A DNA stretch of 20,275 nt from an uncultured Bacilli bacterium. GTDB taxonomy: Bacteria > Bacillota_I > Bacilli_A > RF39 > UBA660. Made by a program: the position numbers and the translations under genes. The stretch covers positions 1-20,275 of the forward strand of contig CAJUJA010000019.1 of the NCBI GenBank assembly GCA_910586635.1, given 5' to 3'. The stretch's first letter is position 1, and each line of letters starts with the position of its first letter. The notes under the pieces are model-generated. The model had not been told where the DNA came from. It saw only the letters and a list, made by a program, of their open reading frames with translations, and ran no database searches. This document shows, piece by piece, positions 12,216 through 20,275 of this stretch.

Positions 12216-14390
12216 ATGAGTGATATACAAACATCGTTTTATGAATCTATTTACTCTAACTTCAGACAATTAGACGAAAATGATTTAAATGTACAGAAAA
12301 AATATCAACAATATTTAGATAGATTGGTAGATGTTTTTTTAATGCTAGAATATAAAAAAGATAGAAAAAATAATGCTGTTTATACGATTGATCAAGTTCA
12401 CATGTATTGTATGAGTTTCTTTTGGGAGGTAAGATCGCAATGTCAGAAACAACAATTACAAATACTAGCTAACAAAATCGCATATATTACCAAAAAAAAA
12501 GATGAAATTCCTTATTATCTTAAGAAAGTAGAAAAATTATATGAAACTTATCAATCCTTAGGAAAATGTAATGATGCAAAATTTTATAATGAAATTTTAA
12601 ATAAACAACAAAATTTTTATCTTTCAAAAACAAAAAAGGAAATAATTATGGAATTAACAGATAGGTTTCCATTAACAGAAAAAGCAAAGCAAAGGTTAAT
12701 TAATAGGGTTAAAATTCCAATTATTATAGATAGAATAAAAAAAGGAGAGTATGCTTCCTTTTGTAGTACGAAGGAAGAATTGAAGAAACAATTAAAAAAA
12801 ATACACACAAGTCTTTCGAATAAAAGAGCTTTGAAAAAGACGTATTTTTTTTCAAAAGAGGATTATGAGTTTTTGGATAATCATTTTTTGATAGGAAACT
12901 TATCTAAGGATGTATTAGAAAAAAGGTTCCCGTTTTTTGATAAAGGAAAGATAAAGATGATAATAAATGTTTACTATCGTATATTGTTACCCTATCTAGA
13001 TAATATTTCATTAGATAGAAAGGATATTCCTAGAGTTAATATTTCATTAAATTATAAACAGTTAAAACTTTATAATAAACGGCAGCTAGAACAAAATATA
13101 AAAGATTTGGAAAGTTCCCTATCTCCTAATCAAAAAGAAAAAATATTACAGGAACCAGATTTTAAAGAATTAGTAAAATTATTACCTTTGGTTAATCAAT
13201 CTAAAATTTTTAAAATGGATACTTTTCTTAAAATAGCTTTAAATATCTCTAAAATAAAAGAATACTTACTGTTAAAAGAAGAAATGAATCTTAAGCTGAT
13301 TTTAAATCAGTTACCAAAGGTGATAGAGCTAGCAGATGCTTACAGTCAATCTAATGGAAGAACGTGTGCTATTTTAGGAGAAACCCTTATTAGTAGAATA
13401 ATTGAAGATAATGTCACTAGTTGTAAGCCAGAGGATTATCTAACGAGTTATTTAAAAATGTTAAATCAACCTTATAGTAAAATTCCACCTATTTGCGGAA
13501 AATTTCAAGAATATAGTTATGAAAGTGGTAATAACAGTGTAGATCGCTTATTGATTGGCAAAAATAGTTACAGAAGTTGTCTAGGACCTGCAGGAGCAGG
13601 AGAAAAGGCCTATGAACTGGCACTTTCCAGTGTAGATGCTGATGTGCTAATTATAAAAAAAGATAATAGTGAGTTTATAGGGAGAACTCTTTTATTTCGT
13701 CAAGGAAATTTCGTTATATTGGCACCCGTTATGGGAAGGAGAGGGCTTAATAAGATGCTATATGATGAGGAATTTTTGATGCAAATTGGAAATCAAATGA
13801 TAGAAAAAGCAATATTACAACAAGATCGTTTAGATTACGTGTTTTTAACGAAATTTGGACTTCTGAAAAAGTTGGACTTTTTCTATTTAGCTGATACTAA
13901 ATTAGGTAAAGGTTTGCCTCATTGTGATATAGAACCATTGGCATATCTTATAGCATCAAAGGAATTATTGAAAAATCCTGACAAGAAAGACTTCTTAAAG
14001 GAAGACATTTATCTAGATTTAGATGCAAAAGATCAAGTGCTTTATTTTAAAGAAAGACCTCCAGTAAATAAAAAAGAGGCTAACTATATCAAAGATATTC
14101 AAAAGATTAGAGGATTAAAAATGGATAATTCATCTAATGCTGAAATTAACATTTCGAAAGATGAAGATTATGATGAGGTTTATGTCGGACAAGATTGGTA
14201 TATTGCAATAAAGGATAAAAAAATTGTTGAGACCTGTGTTTATAAAGTGGAAGATCCAAGGCAGGATGCAGAAATAACTATGATTGTTGATAATCTTGTG
14301 GAACAGGGAATGATGAATAGTTCAGGCGAATATGGAAAACATTCAAAAGTCAGGATGAAAGAGTATTCAAGTAATAATAATTTAACTTAA
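12216..14390 (+). CDS. Large hypothetical protein (724 aa)
   Basis: Long uninterrupted ORF with a GAAGGGA RBS. N-terminal half is K/E/L-rich and helical. C-terminal half has a conserved-looking block SCLGPAGAGEKAYELALSSVDADVLIIKKDNSEFIGRTLLFRQGNFVILAPVMG. No family recognised, no TM or signal peptide. Confidence 0.75.
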   Translation: MSDIQTSFYESIYSNFRQLDENDLNVQKKYQQYLDRLVDVFLMLEYKKDRKNNAVYTIDQVHMYCMSFFWEVRSQCQKQQLQILANKIAYITKKKDEIPYYLKKVEKLYETYQSLGKCNDAKFYNEILNKQQNFYLSKTKKEIIMELTDRFPLTEKAKQRLINRVKIPIIIDRIKKGEYASFCSTKEELKKQLKKIHTSLSNKRALKKTYFFSKEDYEFLDNHFLIGNLSKDVLEKRFPFFDKGKIKMIINVYYRILLPYLDNISLDRKDIPRVNISLNYKQLKLYNKRQLEQNIKDLESSLSPNQKEKILQEPDFKELVKLLPLVNQSKIFKMDTFLKIALNISKIKEYLLLKEEMNLKLILNQLPKVIELADAYSQSNGRTCAILGETLISRIIEDNVTSCKPEDYLTSYLKMLNQPYSKIPPICGKFQEYSYESGNNSVDRLLIGKNSYRSCLGPAGAGEKAYELALSSVDADVLIIKKDNSEFIGRTLLFRQGNFVILAPVMGRRGLNKMLYDEEFLMQIGNQMIEKAILQQDRLDYVFLTKFGLLKKLDFFYLADTKLGKGLPHCDIEPLAYLIASKELLKNPDKKDFLKEDIYLDLDAKDQVLYFKERPPVNKKEANYIKDIQKIRGLKMDNSSNAEINISKDEDYDEVYVGQDWYIAIKDKKIVETCVYKVEDPRQDAEITMIVDNLVEQGMMNSSGEYGKHSKVRMKEYSSNNNLT

Positions 14391-14601
14391 TTTGAAATTA
14401 ATCATGAATTCTGTAATCTTTTTCCTTGGATTGATACTAATAGAAGGAGTCCATAAGCAACTACATTGAATGTTAATTAGAACCTGTTAATGAGTATATT
14501 AATCAATAGTTTCCTATTACTGCAATAGGAATTATTAATGAAAAGATATTGCATTAGTAACTAAATAAGGTGTATAATAAATTCTGATTAGGAGGTTTAG
14601 T

Positions 14602-15201
14602 ATGGGAAAAAAGTTAAATTCATTAACAAAATATCCAAAAGAAGGAGATCTATTTGGTATCAATCTTAAGTTTATAAAAATATTTAATATATATAGGGGA
14701 TTTGATGAAAAAGGAGTATATAATCGAAACATAGGTCTTATAGAGGGAGAGGAACATTTAGATGATGGACTTACAATATGTGAATATATTGGAGATGGAA
14801 TTTGTGTGGAATGCTTGACTGGAACAAAAATACAACTGTCATTCGAAATGAATCAATATGGATCAGAAAGAAGTTATAAAAATCATAAGGTTCAAATGGA
14901 TCAAGATTGGATAGAAATGAAAGAGGAGTATGAAAGAATAAAAGAGGCTCCTTTATCATATTCAATAGAACTAAGAAATAAATCGATTTTTTCTAACCTT
15001 TACAGAATAGATGATGGCTTTAAATTTGAATTTGGAAAACAGGAGAAGAAAGAGACGGAAATACAATCAGAGATTTCTAAACTAGCAAAGAGCAGTTTGG
15101 ATGTGATGGAAATATGCTTTAAGGAAATAAGTAAAGATGAGTATTCTATAGCTTATACAGATAATGTTATTTTTAAATATAAGAGCAAAAAAAATAATTA
15201 G
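14602..15201 (+). CDS. Hypothetical protein (199 aa)
   Basis: AGGAGG RBS 7 nt upstream and TATAAT at 14573-14578. No motif recognised. Confidence 0.65.
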   Translation: MGKKLNSLTKYPKEGDLFGINLKFIKIFNIYRGFDEKGVYNRNIGLIEGEEHLDDGLTICEYIGDGICVECLTGTKIQLSFEMNQYGSERSYKNHKVQMDQDWIEMKEEYERIKEAPLSYSIELRNKSIFSNLYRIDDGFKFEFGKQEKKETEIQSEISKLAKSSLDVMEICFKEISKDEYSIAYTDNVIFKYKSKKNN

Positions 15202-15245
15202 TTTTTATTTCATCCGCTTACAATAAAATATAATATTTAAAATCT

Positions 15246-15275
15246 AAACTGAAGAGACTTATTCTTTAGTTTTTT
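15246..15275 (+). terminator. Rho-independent terminator
   Basis: 10-bp stem AAACTGAAGA / TCTTTAGTTT with one G-U pair and a 7-nt loop, running into a T-tract (15270-15275). Confidence 0.5.
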
Positions 15276-15426
15276 AGTGATAGAAATGAAGAAAAATTAT
15301 TTATTGTATTAAAAGATGTGATAAATAGATGAAATAACTGTATAAGTCTAGATTTCGAGTTAAAAAACTCTGGTTTTTAGGTTTTACTTCATTACCTTCA
15401 ATATTAATATTAAATAGTTTAGGCTG

Positions 15427-15513
15427 TGTAAAATTACGTAAAGGTATGTAAAATATTTTACATATTAGTATTGAAAGTTTTACACTTGTGAGGTATATTA
15501 TAGGTGTAAAACT
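15427..15513 (+). promoter_or_regulatory. Sigma-A-like promoter (-35 TTGAAA 15471-15476, -10 TATATT 15494-15499, 17-nt spacer) embedded in a TGTAAAA operator array
   Basis: TGTAAAAT at 15427-15434. A 20-bp perfect palindrome TATGTAAAATATTTTACATA at 15445-15464. A 10-bp inverted repeat AGTTTTACAC (15476-15485) / GTGTAAAACT (15504-15513) straddles the -10. Confidence 0.4.
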
Positions 15514-15589
15514 TTAACCCAAGTAGGGTTATAATCAGAAAATATAAAATGTATGCTTAATAGAAATCTGTAAAAAGGAGATATGATGT

Positions 15590-18500
15590 ATGTTGAACAT
15601 AAAAAAGATTAGAATCTTTAAAATATTAGGTATAACGATATGTATTCTATCTATAACCGTAGGACTATGCTTCTTATGTAATAACATATTGATGAAAGAA
15701 AAGACTATGGCAAATGTAGAGACTATAGGTTACTATAATTCCAGAAGTAGTGATAGTTCTGCAGATTATAGACAAGTTTATTTAAGTGAATTGGAACCAA
15801 CTGAAAAACGTATTGGGTATGGGGAATTAGTAAATGATGCTGATTTATCCGGGAATCCAATTACTATGTTAATTGAAGGGAACTATTTCTCTTTTAAAAA
15901 AGGAGTATTTGCTCATGCCAATTCAACCTTGGTTTACGATTTAACAGATTATAGTGATTATAACTACTTCGTTACATTTATAGGATTGAATAAAACATCG
16001 ACTCAAGGCAATGGTGTAACTTATCATTTTTATACATCAAACAATAGAAATGAATGGACTGAATTTAAAGATCCGATTGTAAAAAAGCCTAAAGAGGCCG
16101 GAAGTTTTGTACAGATTCCTTTGGAAAACGTCAATTATTTGAAGTTAGTCGCAGACTCTAATGGATCAAATGCATCAGATCACTCTGTGTATGCTGATGC
16201 TAAATTGGTAACTGAAGTAAACGGGAATTTTATTTTAGATTCGATTGAAGATATAGATAAACAAATAAATAATATCTATAATGGTGGGGCAGCGATTAAT
16301 GGCGAATTAGAATATAGTATTTTAAAAAGAGAACTTGTCAAAAGAGTAGGTCAATATACACTAAACTCTTTCTATAATGAAAGTGAAGATAATAAAGCCA
16401 CTATAGACTGGCTTTTAAGTAACAAAGAGGTATTAAATTACTATATTTTAGGTGGAACCCCAGATGGAAATAGTTACTATAATTCTTTAACTCAATTATC
16501 TAGATTATATAAAAAATATAAAGAAGACTTTAAAATACAAGAAACTACGATATATGGTACAGTTTTAGGTGATTTATACACTCGTATGGCTATTGCTTTA
16601 TCACTTACTCACTCCCAAAGAGTTGGTCTGTGGATGCAATCTAGTATAAAAGAGAATCAGTCGGATGCCGTAGTTCGTTATCAGATATTCAAAGAATTAC
16701 ATAAAAACAACAAGTTTAAGGCAACTGAAGCGATGAATATGACAAAATGGTTTGAGCAATATAATGTTGAAAATATGAGGTTTGTAATGAATTCTAATAT
16801 CGATGATGAATCTATATTATGGTTAAACGAATATGTTCAAAGTAAAATTGATGAAAACCCAGGAAGAGCTTGGTCATATTTGACACCACATCCATATATT
16901 GCTTATGTTTGGCCAAACTATGCAAATCCAGTGTATTATGATGAGGAAAACTATGACTACTTTAATGAACTGTTTTCCGTTAAAGGAAAAAAGATGTATG
17001 ATTATGGTATCACTCGTGGGACAAATGATCATAAGGTATATAAACAATGGATGAATTTCAGAAATAAATTTGGTACTGGAGCAGTCTGTGGAGGAATTTC
17101 TAAATCGGGTGCTGTTATTCGTGCAACCCATGGTATTGCTGCAACAGTGATTGGACAACCAGGACATGCAGCACTTCTATATTATACAGCCGATGCAGAA
17201 GGTAAAGGATATTGGAGACTTGATAATGATGTCAGTGGGTGGACTCTATCGGAAAAAGGTGAAAGAATGCTTCTAGGATGGGGTAATGGTAGCTATGCAA
17301 AAGGTTCTTATCAGGTTGTCTATATGGCCTTAGCACAAGAAGCTTTAAATGATTATGAAAACTTCGAAAAAGCAGAAAAACTCATAATGTTAGCAAGGAC
17401 ATTTGGCGACAATCCCACAAAACAAGAGGAACTACTTAGAAAAGCTTTAGAAGTTCAATCTATTAATTTGGATGCATGGCTTGATTTAATAACTCTTTAT
17501 AATAATAGTGATAGTAAATCTGAAGGAGATTACTATGCTTTATCAGAAGAATTAGCAAATAGTTTAAAATATTTTCCACTTCCAATGTACAATTTAACTA
17601 ACTTGATCAAACCTAAGATGGTAAGTGTTGAAAACTCATTCAAATTTACATTACTACAAACTAGAACTTTAAATCAGGCAAAAAGTACGCCAAACAATAC
17701 TACAGACAGTTATACAGTTTATCAACCAGATTTGACTAGAATCGAGGCGAATTTCTTATTAGGAAAAGTTGATAGTTCTCTTGCTACATTCTCTTTTGAT
17801 GGAGTTGACGCTGAAAAAATTGTTCTATCCGAACGCTTTAATGGAAGTGGAGTGCGCTTTGATTATAGCTTAGATGGAAAAAACACCTGGAACGAAGTAT
17901 CATTCACTGGAGAAGAGGAACACAAATTACAATTGACCAAAGATCAAATTAATAATATCACCTCGGAAAATGATATCTATATCCATATTGTTGGAACAAG
18001 CTATGAAGAAAAAAATTTATATAAAATAGATATTACTGAAGGAAGTTTGCCTGCTGAATTGTTTGCAAATGACTTGGAAAACAGGGTGATAGGAGTCAAT
18101 TTGAATACTGAATGGCGTTATAATGAAAATGATTTTTGGACTTCATACAACGTTGCTTCCCCTGACTTGACAGGAAATAAGACAGTCCAAGTAAGACAGG
18201 CGGCCACTGGTACAGCACTTGCAAGCTCCCCATCACCAATGTATACATTTACAAAAGATGATCAACCCAATACAAGAAAATACATCCCTGTATCTCATTT
18301 GACTATTGAGACAGTTTCCACAGAGGCGGTTAACAATGGTGGTGGTGCTGTAAAAGCCATTGATGGGAACTATAATACGAGATATCATTCTGCCTGGAAT
18401 GGAACTGATACTGAACGTTTTATAATTATAAAACTTGATGAATCTGTTATTTTATCAGCAGTTGAGTTCGTCCCAGCGGGCGGAGGAAACGGTAAGATAT

Positions 18501-20275
18501 ACGATGGTACCGTTTATGGAAGTATGGATGGTAAGAATTGGGAAAGGTTATCGAGTTTGAAGAATCTAACATACACTAATCAGGCTAATACAGTAGACGA
18601 TGCTATTATAAATACAAAAAGTTTTGAAATAACTGGGGAAAAAGAGGTTCAGTATGTTAAAATTGTGGCGGATCGTACTAATGGTAATTGGTTTGCAGCA
18701 AGAGCATTTAATCTTTATCAAGATTTAACTAAAAATCCACATCCTACTGCTGGAATTGCTTACAGTACTACAGAACTTACAAACGGCAAAGTTGTCGCAA
18801 GGCTTATAAACCCTAGCAGGGAAATAATTATTACAAATAATGAGGGATCCGATACCTATACATTTAGTGAAAATGGCGAGTTTACTTTCGAATTCAAAGA
18901 TAAAAACGGTGTAACAGGATCCGCAACTGCTAAAGTTGATTGGATTGATAAGAATATACCTGATGCAAATATCGACTACAAATTAGATAGCAATCATAAA
19001 TTGAGCATTTCTTTAGATGATATTAGTGAAGATGTATATCTGTTAGATAAGAATGACAAACCTATCAACTTTATTGAGGTTAAAAACAAAAAGGTGACAA
19101 GAGTCTCTTATTTGAATTCTGAAAATGAAATAACTAAAACTGTATATCTCGATGAAAATGGATGTATTACAAAAATCGTCTATATTAACACAAATAAAAA
19201 TATCCCAGCAGTTGCAACCTATACCACTATAATAGCAAATGGAGCTGTAACCAGTGAAGAGTATTATGATGAGGTAGGAGGCAAAGTAGAAGTTTCCGAT
19301 GCAGATAAGGAAGCATTAAGAGGGTTACAACAGGCTATAACAGATCCTCTTGAATATACATTTGAAAACAGTGGAAGTCATGAATTTAAATTACTTGACA
19401 AAGCTAAAAACATTGCCTATAAGAGTGTTAAAGTTGACTATGATGAGGATAATGATAGGATTATAGCAAGTGATATATCCTATGATATAACCCACTTAAC
19501 TAATAAAGATGTTGTGGCTACCATCAAAGCATATGTATTCGAAGATGGGAAAAAGAAGAACGCAGCAATCACCTCAGGAGGGGATTCTTATACATTTAAT
19601 ACAAATGGAAAGTTTACATTCCAGTATAAAGGTAGTAATGATTCAGATGACGATGTAAAGAATCATACTGCTAAAGTTACTTGGATTGATAAGGTTGTTC
19701 CAACGGCTAAAGTTAAATACACTACAAGAGAAAATGGAGAAGTCATTGCAACTTTAGTCAACGAAAGTGAAAAGATAATTATAACCAATAATGGGTTCAG
19801 TAGGGAACGTAAATTCAATAAAAATGGAGAATTTACATTTATATTTGAAGATGAGGCTGGAAATGTAGGCAGAACTATTGCTAAAGTAAACTCTATACAA
19901 GAAAAAAAACCTAACAATTCATCTACTACTGGAGGCAATTCTTCTGTAAATCATTCTAAACCAAGTAAATCATCTAAGCCTAATAATAAACATAACCCTA
20001 CTACTAGTAACAATCAAAGCTCAAATATAAGTGAATCTAGCGATAAAACAACTTCCGAGGAGACTACTAAATCTAATAATAAAGAATCTAAAAATGCAGT
20101 AGATAAAAAGAACGTCGTTAGAGATATCAATAACAAGAATAATATGACTGAAAATCAAAGGTCAACCCGAGAGGATAAAAAAATGGATAATATAATAATC
20201 AAAGTCGTCGTAGTATTTATGGTTATTACATTGGGAGTGTTAACAGTAGGCTTCTATTTTAAAAAGAAAAACTAG
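15590..20275 (+). CDS. Large multidomain cell-surface protein (NPCBM-like, Cys/His/Asp core, F5/8 type C discoidin, Ig-like repeats, S/T/N-rich stalk, C-terminal TM anchor)
   Basis: AAGGAG RBS 9 nt upstream. N-terminal hydrophobic anchor (aa 8-33). NPCBM-like segment about 15773-16210 (GYGELVNDADL...KGVFAHANS...). Possible transglutaminase/papain-like triad C500 (17087-17089), H526 (17165-17167) and D in WRLDNDVSGW. Discoidin about 18284-18724 (AIDGNYNTRYHSAWNG...). Three related ~70-aa repeats (..TNN.GSDTYTF..NGEFTFEF.D..GN...A.V.WIDK..P). Low-complexity stalk. Terminal IIIKVVVVFMVITLGVLTVGFYFKKKN and stop at 20273-20275. Confidence 0.9.
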   Translation: MLNIKKIRIFKILGITICILSITVGLCFLCNNILMKEKTMANVETIGYYNSRSSDSSADYRQVYLSELEPTEKRIGYGELVNDADLSGNPITMLIEGNYFSFKKGVFAHANSTLVYDLTDYSDYNYFVTFIGLNKTSTQGNGVTYHFYTSNNRNEWTEFKDPIVKKPKEAGSFVQIPLENVNYLKLVADSNGSNASDHSVYADAKLVTEVNGNFILDSIEDIDKQINNIYNGGAAINGELEYSILKRELVKRVGQYTLNSFYNESEDNKATIDWLLSNKEVLNYYILGGTPDGNSYYNSLTQLSRLYKKYKEDFKIQETTIYGTVLGDLYTRMAIALSLTHSQRVGLWMQSSIKENQSDAVVRYQIFKELHKNNKFKATEAMNMTKWFEQYNVENMRFVMNSNIDDESILWLNEYVQSKIDENPGRAWSYLTPHPYIAYVWPNYANPVYYDEENYDYFNELFSVKGKKMYDYGITRGTNDHKVYKQWMNFRNKFGTGAVCGGISKSGAVIRATHGIAATVIGQPGHAALLYYTADAEGKGYWRLDNDVSGWTLSEKGERMLLGWGNGSYAKGSYQVVYMALAQEALNDYENFEKAEKLIMLARTFGDNPTKQEELLRKALEVQSINLDAWLDLITLYNNSDSKSEGDYYALSEELANSLKYFPLPMYNLTNLIKPKMVSVENSFKFTLLQTRTLNQAKSTPNNTTDSYTVYQPDLTRIEANFLLGKVDSSLATFSFDGVDAEKIVLSERFNGSGVRFDYSLDGKNTWNEVSFTGEEEHKLQLTKDQINNITSENDIYIHIVGTSYEEKNLYKIDITEGSLPAELFANDLENRVIGVNLNTEWRYNENDFWTSYNVASPDLTGNKTVQVRQAATGTALASSPSPMYTFTKDDQPNTRKYIPVSHLTIETVSTEAVNNGGGAVKAIDGNYNTRYHSAWNGTDTERFIIIKLDESVILSAVEFVPAGGGNGKIYDGTVYGSMDGKNWERLSSLKNLTYTNQANTVDDAIINTKSFEITGEKEVQYVKIVADRTNGNWFAARAFNLYQDLTKNPHPTAGIAYSTTELTNGKVVARLINPSREIIITNNEGSDTYTFSENGEFTFEFKDKNGVTGSATAKVDWIDKNIPDANIDYKLDSNHKLSISLDDISEDVYLLDKNDKPINFIEVKNKKVTRVSYLNSENEITKTVYLDENGCITKIVYINTNKNIPAVATYTTIIANGAVTSEEYYDEVGGKVEVSDADKEALRGLQQAITDPLEYTFENSGSHEFKLLDKAKNIAYKSVKVDYDEDNDRIIASDISYDITHLTNKDVVATIKAYVFEDGKKKNAAITSGGDSYTFNTNGKFTFQYKGSNDSDDDVKNHTAKVTWIDKVVPTAKVKYTTRENGEVIATLVNESEKIIITNNGFSRERKFNKNGEFTFIFEDEAGNVGRTIAKVNSIQEKKPNNSSTTGGNSSVNHSKPSKSSKPNNKHNPTTSNNQSSNISESSDKTTSEETTKSNNKESKNAVDKKNVVRDINNKNNMTENQRSTREDKKMDNIIIKVVVVFMVITLGVLTVGFYFKKKN

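Noticed and set aside
1-20275. CRISPR arrays, tRNA or rRNA genes, a second VR, transposase or integrase
   Set aside because: No regularly spaced direct repeats, no cloverleaf-like GC-rich segments, and no other copy of the GC-rich GGTGGGATTCGCGTCG block were seen on reading the window. A computational scan (tRNAscan-SE, Infernal, minced, self-BLAST with TR) should confirm this.
20190-20275. Sortase (LPXTG) sorting signal at the C-terminus of the surface protein
   Set aside because: A hydrophobic helix and a basic tail are present, but no LPXTG-like pentapeptide precedes them (the sequence reads ...REDKKMDNIIIKVVVV...). It is therefore called a C-terminal TM anchor.

Overview
AT-rich, low-GC Bacillota-like chromosomal segment with every convincing gene on the + strand. 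The left end (1-3.4 kb) is housekeeping: an overlapping ftsE-ftsX-M23 peptidase operon and a small helical protein. The centre (3.5-9.2 kb) is the main result, a complete diversity-generating retroelement (DGR). It has an Avd-like four-helix-bundle gene, a GC-rich template repeat (TR, 4197-4276), a structured spacer and a DGR-type reverse transcriptase. The matching variable repeat (VR, 5763-5842) differs from TR at 15 of 26 adenines but at only 1 of 49 non-adenine positions. Unusually, the VR lies in the N-terminal domain of a cytoplasmic MoxR-like AAA+ ATPase. That ATPase is translationally coupled to a 134-aa ORF and to an HExxH metallopeptidase/VWA protein. I read this as a candidate hypervariable sensor-ATPase-protease module, possibly a conflict or immunity system; the function is inferred, not demonstrated. 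The right part (9.2-15.2 kb) is an accessory-looking stretch of orphan genes with two decayed genes: one with poly-A frameshifts and a PP2C-like gene broken by a perfect 7-bp tandem duplication. The window ends with a 1561-aa surface protein (NPCBM, Cys/His/Asp core, discoidin, Ig-like repeats) preceded by a TGTAAAA palindrome/operator array. I saw no rRNA, tRNA, CRISPR array, transposase or integrase.
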